A stretch of DNA of 63,470 nt, the filler included, from Candidatus Omnitrophota bacterium (GTDB taxonomy: Bacteria; Omnitrophota; Gorgyraeia; Zapsychrales; JBDRMG01): the NCBI GenBank assembly GCA_043812495.1. It is 7 parts of 5 records of this genome, joined end to end, with 100 filler letters (N's around TTAATTAATTAA, not from the genome) between each part and the next. Parts side by side here need not be neighbours in the genome. Positions count along the whole stretch, not along the records: positions 29,093 to 48,114 come from JBDRMG010000007.1; 6 more parts are not named here. One strand, given 5' to 3'. Below are positions 29,093 to 39,700 of the stretch, piece after piece; the first letter of the stretch is position 1; the number at the start of each line of letters is the position of its first letter. The translations under genes and the position numbers were made by a program. The notes beneath the pieces are model-generated. The model ran no database searches. It worked only from the letters and a program-made list of their open reading frames with translations, and was not told the DNA's origin.

Positions 29093-29234
29093 GCCTTGTC
29101 CCGAGGCTCTCTCTTTTGGAACGCTGAGCCGAGGGGCAGGCGCAAACTACCATAACATCACTATTAGAAAGGTTTGCGACGCCCGTCCCGAGCCCTTTCA
29201 TTCTTGTAATCTGGGGCGAGGGGCAGGAGCAAAA
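29093..29234. repeat. Two tandem gtcccgag...cgaggggcagg.gcaaa hairpin units
   Basis: Shared boundary motifs with unrelated loops. Confidence 0.6.
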
Positions 29235-29324
29235 TTTCTTAGCACTTAGACTTGTTAATCCTATTAGCTGAACAAAAAATGCCAATCTTGATGGACTGGC
29301 CGAAAATTGCGAATCGTAGTCAAA

Positions 29325-30605
29325 TTACTTTTCTCCATAAACCAGCTTGCCGTTACAAATCGTAGTTTCAACTTTTCCCTTCAATGTTCTTCCGGTAAAC
29401 GGAGAATTCCTTGACTTGGAGGCAAAATCGTCCTCTCGGACAACCCATTCCCTATCTTTGTCAACAATGATAAGATCAGCATCTTTCCCTTCTTTGATTT
29501 CGCCCTTATTGGAAAGGCCGATGATTCTAGCCGGCGCCAAGGACATTTTTTCCACAAGCTGAGACAGGGTAAGGATTTTCGCTTCCACAAGCTCTGTAAC
29601 GGCAAGGCCAAAGGCTGTCTCAAGACCAATAATACCAAATGCCGCATGGTCAAATTCGACTTCTTTATCCTCAACTGCATGAGGGGCATGGTCTGTGGCT
29701 ATGCAATCGATCATACCCCCCAAAAGAGCCTTCTTAAGGGCCTCTACGTCCTCTGTGGCCCGTAAAGGGGGATTGACTTTTGCGTTTGTATCAAAGGTTT
29801 TGACCGCTTCATCGGTTAAGGAAAAATGATGGGGTGTCACTTCGGCCGTGACAGCAATGCCTTCGCTTTTGGCAAATTTGATCAAATCCACAGATCTCTT
29901 CAAGCTGACATGCGCAAAATGGATGCGCGTCTTCAGATATCTGGCTAGTTCAATGTCCCGGGCAATGATAATACTTTCGGCCATGCCGGCATGGCCCTTC
30001 AAGCCCAGGAGAGTTGAGGTAAAACTCTCGTTCATGACACCGCCTGCGCTGATATAGGGGTCTTCACAATGCTCAATGATCAGGATATCCACCATCTTGG
30101 CGTATTCAAGCGCGTGGCGTAAAAGCTGACTGTTCAAGACAGATTTCCCATCGTCGGAAAGGGCCACGCACCCGGCTTGTTTGAGTTCAAACATATCGCA
30201 GAGCTCTTCGCCTTTTTGCCCTTTGGTGATGGCGCCGACCGGAAGTATATTGATCAGGCCAACCCGCTTGGCCTCTTTAATGATTCCTTCAACAACCATG
30301 GCGCTGTCAATCACGGGATTCGTGTTGGGCATACAAAGAACAGTTGTAAAGCCACCCTTAGCGGCTGCTTTGGAGCCTGTTTCAATGGTTTCCTTCTCTT
30401 CATATCCGGGCTCTCGCAAATGAGCATGAAGATCGATCAGGCCCGGCAAGACCAGCTTGCCTTTGGCATCAATGATTTTAACGCCGCTTTCCGAAAGAGA
30501 AGACCCAATTTTCTGAATAGTCTTATGTTCAAGCAGGATATCCTGAGGTTGATTACTCACACTATCTGCGTTGACGATCATGGCATTCTTAATCAATAAA
30601 GCCAC
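29325..30605 (-). CDS. pyrC: Dihydroorotase
   Basis: PGLIDLHAHLREPG, MPNT.P, EVTPHH, KVNPPLR, IATDHAPH. Confidence 0.96.
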   Translation of the reverse strand: MALLIKNAMIVNADSVSNQPQDILLEHKTIQKIGSSLSESGVKIIDAKGKLVLPGLIDLHAHLREPGYEEKETIETGSKAAAKGGFTTVLCMPNTNPVIDSAMVVEGIIKEAKRVGLINILPVGAITKGQKGEELCDMFELKQAGCVALSDDGKSVLNSQLLRHALEYAKMVDILIIEHCEDPYISAGGVMNESFTSTLLGLKGHAGMAESIIIARDIELARYLKTRIHFAHVSLKRSVDLIKFAKSEGIAVTAEVTPHHFSLTDEAVKTFDTNAKVNPPLRATEDVEALKKALLGGMIDCIATDHAPHAVEDKEVEFDHAAFGIIGLETAFGLAVTELVEAKILTLSQLVEKMSLAPARIIGLSNKGEIKEGKDADLIIVDKDREWVVREDDFASKSRNSPFTGRTLKGKVETTICNGKLVYGEK

Positions 30606-30620
30606 AACAATTCTCCTTGA

Positions 30621-31592
30621 TTATTCAATCGCCGGCTCAGTTCTTTCGGTCAAAAGCAAGAACAAAACAGCCATACGTACAGCGACGCCGTTAGTGACCT
30701 GCTCTAAGATAACGGAATATTTTCCATCGGCCACATCGGCGGAAATTTCGACACCGCGATTGGTCGGCCCGGGATGCATGATCAAAACGTCTTTTTTGGC
30801 TAGCTTTAATTTCTCTTGGTCCAGACCAAAAACCCTTGCGTACTCTCTGATCGAAGGTAAAAACTTTTCCTGTTGGCGTTCTTTTTGAAGCCGGAGCATC
30901 ATGATCACGTCGGAATCTTTAAGGACATCGTGAATATCATAGGTCACCCTGACCCCCATCTTTTCAATATCCACGGGCATCATCGTCGAAGGACCGCAGA
31001 GCGTCACGTGGGCTCCGAGTTTTGTCAAGCCCCAAATGTTTGAGCGGGCCACACGGGAATGAAGGATATCGCCGACAATGCTGACATTTAATCCTTCCAA
31101 ACGACCGAGTCTTTCTTGAATCGTAAACATGTCCAAAAGGGCCTGGGTGGGATGGGAACGACAACCGTCTCCGCCGTTGACGACCGAAGGTTCAAGAGCC
31201 TTGGCCAATGTGTGGGGAACACCCCCACAGGCATGGCGAACGATAATCAAATCCACATTCATGGCTTCGATATTTTTGGCCATGTCCAGGATAGATTCGC
31301 CCTTGGTCAGTGAACTGCTGCTGGTGGCAATATTGACCGTATCCGCGGACAGGCGTTTGGCCGCAAGCTCAAAAGACATGCGCGTGCGCGTAGACGGCTC
31401 GCAAAAGAGCATGACAACGGTTTTTCCGCGAAGGGCAGGAACTTTCTTGATATCGCGCGTGGAAACTTCTTTAAAGGATTTGGCACGCTCTAAAATCAGC
31501 TCGATCTCTTCTTTGGTAAGATCCTGGAGATCCAGAAGATCGTGATGTCTCCATTTAAGCGTGTTATTCTTTGTTTTCGACAACGACTTCAT
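30621..31592 (-). CDS. pyrB: Aspartate carbamoyltransferase catalytic subunit (start approximate)
   Basis: [33 protein letters not shown]. Confidence 0.96.
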   Translation of the reverse strand: MKSLSKTKNNTLKWRHHDLLDLQDLTKEEIELILERAKSFKEVSTRDIKKVPALRGKTVVMLFCEPSTRTRMSFELAAKRLSADTVNIATSSSSLTKGESILDMAKNIEAMNVDLIIVRHACGGVPHTLAKALEPSVVNGGDGCRSHPTQALLDMFTIQERLGRLEGLNVSIVGDILHSRVARSNIWGLTKLGAHVTLCGPSTMMPVDIEKMGVRVTYDIHDVLKDSDVIMMLRLQKERQQEKFLPSIREYARVFGLDQEKLKLAKKDVLIMHPGPTNRGVEISADVADGKYSVILEQVTNGVAVRMAVLFLLLTERTEPAIE

Positions 31593-32103
31593 CCTCAAGG
31601 TTATCCGTCTCTTTGAGTTTGACCTGTACGTTCTGATCGGCTGAGGTCGGGATATTCTTGCCCACATAATCCGCGCGGATGGGCAATTCTCTGTGACCGC
31701 GGTCAACGAGAACAACGAGTTGGATATTGGCCGGTCGGCCAAAATCAATCAGCTCATCGAGGGCGGCACGAATCGTACGGCCTGTATACAAAACATCATC
31801 CACCAAAATGACTTTTTTATCGTTTATATCAAAATCGATTTGCGTCTCCCGCACGACCGGTTGGCTGTCAATCAGGGTCAGGTCATCACGATAAAGGGTG
31901 ATGTCCAGAATGCCTAAGGGAACAGACTCCCCTTCAATCTCTTGTAGGCATGCATTTAAGCGCTCGGCCAAAATGGCCCCGCGCGTGCGGATACCGATAA
32001 TGCAAAGATCTTTGAGGCCTTTGTTTTTCTCTAAGATTTCATGCGCAAGCCGCTTGAGGGCGCGCTGGATGGTCTCTTGATCCATGATTTTTGTATCACT
32101 CAT
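31564..32103 (-). CDS. pyrR: PyrR attenuation regulator / uracil phosphoribosyltransferase
   Basis: [32 protein letters not shown] at 32103 with GAGG. Confidence 0.96.
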   Translation of the reverse strand: MSDTKIMDQETIQRALKRLAHEILEKNKGLKDLCIIGIRTRGAILAERLNACLQEIEGESVPLGILDITLYRDDLTLIDSQPVVRETQIDFDINDKKVILVDDVLYTGRTIRAALDELIDFGRPANIQLVVLVDRGHRELPIRADYVGKNIPTSADQNVQVKLKETDNLEDEVVVENKE

Positions 32104-32131
32104 TATTGAACGCCTCTTGTTGCATCTCCTT

Positions 32132-32271
32132 ACCCTTGACATCTTCGATGTCAAGGGTTAATTCGCCTCGCCACTTATGTTTCCGTCACGCCTATGACGT
32201 GACGAGATCTCGTCATCCTGAATTATTTTCAGGATGACGGACATTAACATTCCATAAGTGGCAGGCTCATT
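32132..32271 (+). repeat. Bipartite double-hairpin element containing a nested GAGATCTC element (32182-32241)
   Basis: acccttgacatc..gatgtcaagggt-taattcg...gccacttatg[tccg..gagatctc..cgga]..cataagtggc..ctcatt. Confidence 0.8.
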
Positions 32272-32372
32272 AAAAAAAATACCCACTCCTTGTGAGAGTG
32301 AGTCTCTTTTCCCAATGCTATATTTACGTTCATATTTACTCCTTGCCAGCCTCTCGGGACCGGCTTAAAGGC
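32272..32372 (-). promoter_or_regulatory. PyrR-binding loop and attenuator terminator
   Basis: Minus strand CCTTTAAGCC-GGTCCCGAGAGGCT-GGCAAGG fits the PyrR binding consensus; actcactc..gagtgggt plus a T-run at 32272-32303. Confidence 0.85.
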
Positions 32373-32489
32373 TTATTGTTGGTCAAAATATAACACTCGA
32401 TCACAAAATTGTCAAGGAATAAAAAGGCGCCCCGCCCGCCAAAGATGCAATGGCGGGCGGGGCGCTGATTATCATTTCCGTTTCTTTTC

Positions 32490-32581
32490 AGTGAGCGCAT
32501 GATTTATACGACCGATAGGGAGTATAAATCATATGCGCGAATTGACCCCGAGTCCACCAATGCTTGTGGCGGACTCGGGGT
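32490..32581 (-). repeat. Bipartite double-hairpin element (reverse orientation)
   Basis: Reverse complement reads accccgagtccgcca..ggactcggggt-caattcgcgcatatgattta..aaatcatgcgctca, matching 56446-56510. Confidence 0.85.
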
Positions 32582-32608
32582 ACAACAAATTAAAATTTTA
32601 CTATTTCC

Positions 32609-35600
32609 TTATCTTAACTTTACTAAACTATCAACCGGTTGCTCCGGAGTCTGAGAAATGACCGGCGTGTAAAAATATGACTTTATCGCAGGGTATTGAT
32701 CCAAAAGCTGTTCTAAAACAACTTCCTGTTCCTGCGGATCTTTGGGTACGCTTTTCTTTTCATCATCCCCGCAAACCGGTGCCGGCCCGCCGGTAAAGAT
32801 ATAGGCTATGAGATAAACCACATCGTCTATGTCTATACTGCTTGCTCCATCAGCATCGCCCGCATCATGCGGAACAGGTTCTGGTCCGCCGGTAAAGATA
32901 TAGGCTATGAGATAAACCACATCATCGATATCCACTTGATGCGAATAATCTGCGTCACCGCAAACCCACAGACCGGATAAGGCCGATTCATTTGTGTTGC
33001 CATAGGCTCCCATATTAATCCGGTCCCCGCTTGGTAAATTCTCCTGATCATACGGATCTCCCGGATCACCCGCGTCTATACACGGAGACCCTGAGCTTGG
33101 AGGATTTGAGGAGGCCGGCTGAAGATGAAAATCGCCACCAGCCGCATCCACAAAAAGAGGATCGAGGGAGACGCTCCCTTGCCCCGGAATGAGAGAACTG
33201 TAGTAATTTGTCTTAAAATTCCACACATCATTATAGATGAGCGTGTGATGGTTGGGTATCGTGCTAAAAATACCTATGGAGCCATTAACTGTTTCTCCAG
33301 GGCCGACAACAATATTGTTTTTCACGAGAACATTGTCGGACATATATAACGAAATCCCATGGCCGCCGCCTGAAGGGAGATAAACAGTATTGTTGGCAAC
33401 CGTTGATGTATCGGCGTAATCCAGCATAATCCCCGCGCCGGAAGGAGTAAATTGAATCACATTATTCTTGATCGAAAGATTGCCGCATGTGGCCATGATA
33501 CCAACACCCCCATACATCATGGTATTATGTTCAACCACATGAGGGACCATTCCTTCACAAACAAGATTAATCTGCATATTTCCTCCGGCAAGGTCATTCA
33601 CAATAGAATTATGCGCGATAGTCTGAGCTTGATTGCTCGTTACGGAGATTGCGTAAGTATTATTGGCCAAGTTGTTGTATTGAATGGTATGCGTTCCATC
33701 TCCGGACACGTCAATTCCCGCGTAGGTCAAAGAAATTGTATTATTGAGAATATTGTGGTTTCCGGTGCCTGATATCTTGATACCGTACACAGGAGCGTAT
33801 TCCGGACTTTCAACCGTATTGTAAGCGATCGTGTCGGCGCCGTTTCCGGAAACAGAAATCGCGGACGAAAACTCCACAAAGTCATCATAAGAAAAAGAAT
33901 TGTACGTAATGATGTGTTCTCCGTCACCATTAACCTCTATCCCTGTCTGCATGTTATTGATGATATTATGACTAACGATGACCTCGGAAGAATTATTGAC
34001 GCGCACGGCGTAATCTCCGGCCGCTTCAATCGTGAAGCCTTCCAAATGCCCTTTTGTGACATCATCATATTGAATGCATTCATTGCCCGGACAAACCAGG
34101 ACCGTATTCAAAGGCCCACCGGAACTTTTGAGCATTACGTTTTCTTTCATAACAAGACCGTTGGGGTTGTTGATTGTGTATGTCCCCGGCGCAACAATAA
34201 TTTTATCTTCAGCAGCCGCCGCATCCATGGCTTCTTGAATTGTCGCATAGTCTTCAGGAACATGAATGTCACGGGCAGCCATTCCAAAAATTGTAATATA
34301 AGTTTTGTAATGCTCTATATTGGCATCCGTCACCTTGAGCCGAAGAAGGTAGATTTTATTGTTTTCGCATCCCTGGGCGCTTTTATTGAAGGATGCAAGA
34401 ACCCCGTTGACAACAGGCGTGGATGAAGAAACGATTTCCCTGCAGTTTTCTAATCCTTCGATATTATAATAATCCATGATAGGTTCGCATAGATCAAGTG
34501 AATACCCTAAGAAATCCGGGCTTGTTGCCGTTCCTTCTATCTCAACAATACCTTCATTCGCCGCTACCTTCTGATACCACCGCGGATTGGTTATTTTCGA
34601 TTCCCAGTTCCATTCAGGAATTTCTCCTCCGGCTGTCAGAAGCTCAAAAGCCTTTCGGACATTGATGCGGCCGTATCCGTAGTACTGATCCCAACCCGGA
34701 TCGCCTTTGTCATCCACTGAACTTAAAATAAGATACCTAAGCTGCCCGGGAGTAAGATCGGTATTGTAAGAAAGCAGTAAGGCGCCTAATCCGGCTGTAA
34801 TCGGTCCTGAAAAAGACGTTCCTGTAACAAGGGAATAATCTTCATCCTCGGGGAAAACATAGCCTGTGCCGCCGGGACCGATACCTGTGGTTAATACCTT
34901 GCGTCCAGGAGCCATAACATCCAGACCATCCCCATGGCCTGAAGACCAATAGCGGGTATCGTCCCACAATGTCATTCCAGCATTAACAGCCGTCGGAAGT
35001 GTTCCCAAGGTATCACTATAAAGATTGCCGTTTTGCGCAGATACAAAAGTCAATACGCCCTTTTGAGTATATGCGTATTCGAAAAAATCCTCCATGGAAT
35101 TCGAACGGTGCGAACAACTATGGGAAAGGATCCTGACACCGTTATTGACGGCATATTCGAAACCACCCGAGTTACACATGCCAAGAGCCATCAGCTTACT
35201 TCCATAGGACATGCTGGCTATACCTTCTCCGTTATTGATTTTGGCACCTAAAACGCCTGCAATAGCAGTTCCGTGCCCAATCGGATCATCGCACCAAGTA
35301 TCCCCGCATGGACCATAGATATCATCCACATAGCCGTTGCCATCGTCATCAACAGAAGAATTCCCATAGAATTCTTCTTCATTGATCCATAATTGATCTA
35401 AAGGCCCGGGAGGAGTCGCTGGGTCAGCATTAAACTCCGGGTGATTCCCGTCAATCAAATCTGAATAAGCGATCGTAATGCCCGCTCCATCCGCATAAGC
35501 CCATCCCGTATCTTCATTGAGCTCAATTTGATGAATCCAGTATTGGGGATCATATTCATGGGGATTATCTGGATCGACCCAATCATCTGCTGTCATTTGA

Positions 35601-36151
35601 TAATAGGGATCATCGGGCCAATCTCCGAGCGTTAATGGTTGGCGGATGACTTCGGCATACTCAACGTTGGGGTCCAGTTGATAATCTTCGATGATCTGGG
35701 TGACATCGATAGCTTGATCCACGTAAAATTTATATATGCGGTTTAAGCCGACCGTGTCCGGTGGCGCGACGAGAGAAAACTCATTCTGGATAGAGGAAAC
35801 GTTATTCTGCAAATTCAACTGGTCAATGGAGCCGATACCCGTGGCGCCGCAGGAAATTAAATCCGGGTCCGGAACGGACGAGGATTTGAATTTGACAATG
35901 AATTCTCCTTGAATCACGCAAACATTGTCTTCATCGATTTGTTCATCGCAGTCATTATCCTCTCCATCACAGATTTCCTGTTCGGGAATGCACTCAGAAG
36001 ACTGGTTAAGATCCATAGGAATCAATGTCATAGGCGGATCAATCTTTTCTCGTCTGTCTAGGGCAAAAGAAGGAATCGAGGCAAATGCAAGAAAGACAAA
36101 AGCTAACGATAGGCTAACGGCTGTTAAGCGGACAAAATCAGTTCGTTTCAT
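32609..36151 (-). CDS. Secreted S8 subtilase with Cys-rich motif, parallel beta-helix and C-terminal dockerin-like domain
   Basis: Signal peptide; EICDGEDNDCD; HGTAIAG; GTSFSGP; VPEDYATIQEA plus beta-helix; two GDAD....DIDDVVYLIAYIF.GG repeats. Confidence 0.88.
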   Translation of the reverse strand: MKRTDFVRLTAVSLSLAFVFLAFASIPSFALDRREKIDPPMTLIPMDLNQSSECIPEQEICDGEDNDCDEQIDEDNVCVIQGEFIVKFKSSSVPDPDLISCGATGIGSIDQLNLQNNVSSIQNEFSLVAPPDTVGLNRIYKFYVDQAIDVTQIIEDYQLDPNVEYAEVIRQPLTLGDWPDDPYYQMTADDWVDPDNPHEYDPQYWIHQIELNEDTGWAYADGAGITIAYSDLIDGNHPEFNADPATPPGPLDQLWINEEEFYGNSSVDDDGNGYVDDIYGPCGDTWCDDPIGHGTAIAGVLGAKINNGEGIASMSYGSKLMALGMCNSGGFEYAVNNGVRILSHSCSHRSNSMEDFFEYAYTQKGVLTFVSAQNGNLYSDTLGTLPTAVNAGMTLWDDTRYWSSGHGDGLDVMAPGRKVLTTGIGPGGTGYVFPEDEDYSLVTGTSFSGPITAGLGALLLSYNTDLTPGQLRYLILSSVDDKGDPGWDQYYGYGRINVRKAFELLTAGGEIPEWNWESKITNPRWYQKVAANEGIVEIEGTATSPDFLGYSLDLCEPIMDYYNIEGLENCREIVSSSTPVVNGVLASFNKSAQGCENNKIYLLRLKVTDANIEHYKTYITIFGMAARDIHVPEDYATIQEAMDAAAAEDKIIVAPGTYTINNPNGLVMKENVMLKSSGGPLNTVLVCPGNECIQYDDVTKGHLEGFTIEAAGDYAVRVNNSSEVIVSHNIINNMQTGIEVNGDGEHIITYNSFSYDDFVEFSSAISVSGNGADTIAYNTVESPEYAPVYGIKISGTGNHNILNNTISLTYAGIDVSGDGTHTIQYNNLANNTYAISVTSNQAQTIAHNSIVNDLAGGNMQINLVCEGMVPHVVEHNTMMYGGVGIMATCGNLSIKNNVIQFTPSGAGIMLDYADTSTVANNTVYLPSGGGHGISLYMSDNVLVKNNIVVGPGETVNGSIGIFSTIPNHHTLIYNDVWNFKTNYYSSLIPGQGSVSLDPLFVDAAGGDFHLQPASSNPPSSGSPCIDAGDPGDPYDQENLPSGDRINMGAYGNTNESALSGLWVCGDADYSHQVDIDDVVYLIAYIFTGGPEPVPHDAGDADGASSIDIDDVVYLIAYIFTGGPAPVCGDDEKKSVPKDPQEQEVVLEQLLDQYPAIKSYFYTPVISQTPEQPVDSLVKLR

Positions 36152-36745
36152 TTTGTTACTCCTTGGTTAATGGTTGGAGATATCTGCATATATTCATTCA
36201 AAATTGGAAATGCTATATTAGCGGCGTTGGTAAGAGAAAAAGGGGGGGTAAATAAAATTTCCGCGAAAAGAATTAAGAATGTTTCTTTTTTCATGAAAAT
36301 ACCTTTTTAATGAAAAAAGATTCTTCATTCCCCGCGGCTTGCCTAGTTACTATATTTTATAGGCCGGTTTGAAGGACTTTTTGGAAGGTTAAGTGTAAAT
36401 CATCAAAAAACAATCAAGAAAACGTTTTCTTTTGAGTATTTTAAGTATGCAATATGATCTGGGATTTGTCAAATTTATTCTTTTGGGTAAGTTTACGTAA
36501 TTATATTATTTTCAGTATGTTACAATTCTGATAAATTAATATTCGAAATAATTATTTTTTTAGGAAAAATCAATGAACTGACTGACCTTCTTTCGCGGGG
36601 GTTGTCTTCCAGAAAAACACTAATCAACCCAGTTAGTTTTCTTTTTAAAGGAGACCAAACGACTCTTGAAAGGAAGGCGTGCTGATCTTAGCTAAGATTC
36701 ATTGAGAGAAAAAAATCGTCAGGCATACAGCTTTATTTATTTTCT

Positions 36746-39700
36746 TTAGTCCTTCAGCGCCTCTACGTCACCTCCGCTGCACATAGGAGGTAATCCTGAC
36801 TGGAAGATATAGGAGAGCAAATAGTGGACATCATCTATATCCGCATAGCTATCCGCATCGGCATCGGCAACGACCAAAGGCTCAGGTGTAGGACCGTCCG
36901 CCGATAAGTGGTCAATGAGAAAGACGACATCGTCGATATCTACGGACCCGCTGTGGTCCGTATCGCCGCAACTAAAGGAATCATAGGGATACATTTTGGC
37001 CATATAAATATCCAAACTTTCGCCGCTGTGGGTCCCTACGATTTTGTCTTCATAAATACGGGCACTGTATATGGGCGCAATGAATCTTTCTTCACCAGTC
37101 GCCAGATCATAAAGATAGGTATCTTTGCCTCCGTTGTGATTATCCGTCCATACGATTTTGTTTCCGTAAATCGCGGGGTCGCTTTGTTCGCTCGGGTCCG
37201 ATGTAATTTGCATTTCCTCTTTGGCCGTTAAATCGTAAAGATAGATGTCTTGATTTCCATTTCGGGAATCCGTCCAGACGATTTTGTCCCCGTGCAGGAA
37301 GGGTTCGGTTTGGCTGCTAGGATCTGCCGTAATTTGCGCCTCTTGTTGAGTCGCCAGGTCGTAAAGGTATATATCGTAATTACCGTTTCTGTTGTCCTGC
37401 CATACGATTTTGTCGTTATCGATACGGGCCTTGGTCTGCAAGCTCGGATCGGATGTTATTTGGATTTCCGCCTGCGCCGACAAATCATAGAGGTAAATGT
37501 CCAGATTACCGCTTTTTGAGCTTGAGTAGACGATTTTATCTTCGTAAAGACCAACAGGGCACCCATAGTATTCGCCGTCTGTTGTGATTTGCGTTTTTAT
37601 CCCTGTCTGTGTATCATAAAGCCATACATTTCCCGTCGTAGCGCCTTCGTTTCTCAGCCAAGCCACTTTGTTTTTATAAATCGTTGGGCACTGATAAATA
37701 CCGGGTGAGGTCTCAATAGCCAACTCTTCTTGCGCGAGAATGCCGTAAAGATAAATACCGGTTTTCTCGCTTCCGTTGGATTTCCAGACAACCTTGTTAT
37801 CATAAATCGCGGCGTCCCTTTGATGACTCAGATCCCAGGAGAGCTGAAAGGTATCAACATAGATTTGCGTATCGCTGCAGACACTCGGCTCGCCTGCGCA
37901 GACTGATCCGTACTCAATTTTGCACGATTGGTTGCAGCCGTCGTTTGCGTTTGCGTTCGCGTCATCGCAGGCCTCCCCGTATTCTAAAGTGCTGTTCCCA
38001 CAAAAATTGAAATCACTATGCGCAAATCCCGTGCGTTTCATGTTGTTCTGAAAAGTCGCCCAGTCGACCATATCCGGGTCTCCTCCAATATCGACAACAA
38101 ACACGTATGTTCCAATACTTCGCATATCATTAACATTATTCACCTGCTGACCCGTATAGAGAACAATAACTAATTCATTCTCACCGTCATTGTCGACATC
38201 AGCGATAGCCCCGCCGTGCTTGGAGAAAACCTGATGAAAATCCGATAAGAGATCATAGGGAAGCATGCTCTTGGGCCACCCGTCGACAACACTGCCGTCA
38301 AATTCCCAGGCATAGACAGAGGAATTGATATAACCGATAACCTCCAAATCTCCATCGCCGTCGATATCCGTAACGGAAGGCACTTTTGCATCTCTGATCA
38401 CCTGCCCCCGGCTGACAACAGACGCCCCTCCGCCACAGTAGTAAGGCGAAAACGGCAGTATGTTGATAAACTTATGGTTGTCATAAACATACGTCTTACA
38501 ATTGGTAAAACCCACAATGATCTCATATTGCCCGTCCCGGTCGATATCCGCGACAACCGGACTAATCACTGTTCCCGTTTGCGATGGCAATGTTACGGGA
38601 AAATGATCAAGCACTTCCCCGGTACCGATATCCCAGGCGGTCAACACATAGTCCGTGCTTGTTGAATCGATAAAGACCATGTCTTTGTCGCCGTCACCAT
38701 CCAGATCACCGACCGCAGGATTGATAGAAGGGTTATTAATCGAATTCCAAGGCCCCAAGATTTCACTTCCGTCTTCATTCCATATTTTGATGGACGCCGT
38801 TTCGCCCAGGCTATATGTCGATATGATAATCTCATCCTTGCCGTCATTGTCGATATCCTCGAGAACGGGGTGAGTCAGCGAAATGAATTCCCAGGGAATA
38901 TCTTTCGGCCAGTTCTCATTGAGCGGCGTTCCGTCTTCATTCCAGACATACACCGTGCTTTTCTGCTCGATCAAAAAACTGCTTGATTTGTAGACGATTT
39001 CTAAATCACCGTCGCCGTCCACATCGCCCAGGGCCGGGTCGGATCCGCCCATCATGTTGACCTCCTGAGGCCAGCCGTCCAGGAGGTTTCCGTTATGATC
39101 CCATACGTAGACCTTAGAGTCAAACATACCTGCTGAACCCACGACAATTTCGCTATACCCGTCATTATCCAAATCACCAACGGCAGGGGCAAAATACTCA
39201 AAAGTGATGTCTGTGCCGATTCTCCGGGGCCAGCCTTCTCTCCAGGAATCCTGGCGCTTCAGCAAAAGTAATTCATCGACGCTCTTCTGACCGCTTGTGT
39301 TGAAAACGGTCAATCTTATCGCAAAGCTCTCAACGGTGATTTGAGAAGTATCCAATGTCCCCAGAAGACCGTCGACAACGGCCTCATTGCCCGTCGTGAT
39401 CGCGCTCCAGGAGGACGGTTCCACGCCCTCTCCATACTCCAGCGTGAAATAATCAAAATCCTCGTCATAAGCACTGCCGTAAATATCAATAAGGCCATCC
39501 ACAAAAAGGTCTTCCCGGTTGTCGAGAACGGCCGTCGGATACGGATGATCCTGAAGGACGGCTTCTAAGGCATCGACCCTTCCTGCCCCTTGCACCAAAA
39601 GATTGAATCCCAGGTCCGTCGACGTGCCTTTGATGGTGTTTTTTATTTCCTGCGGCGTCCAATCAGGATGTGCCTGTTTCATCAAAACCGCAACACCGGC

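Noticed and set aside
31593..31748. Long N-terminal extensions of pyrB, pyrR and ferritin in the ORF track
   Set aside because: They overlap upstream genes or repeats, and homology starts at later ATGs.
36327..36395. Minus-strand ccggccta...taggcaagccgcgg resembling the P2 arm of a c-di-GMP-I riboswitch upstream of the S8 gene
   Set aside because: The GGCAAA...GACGCAAA P1 core is absent.
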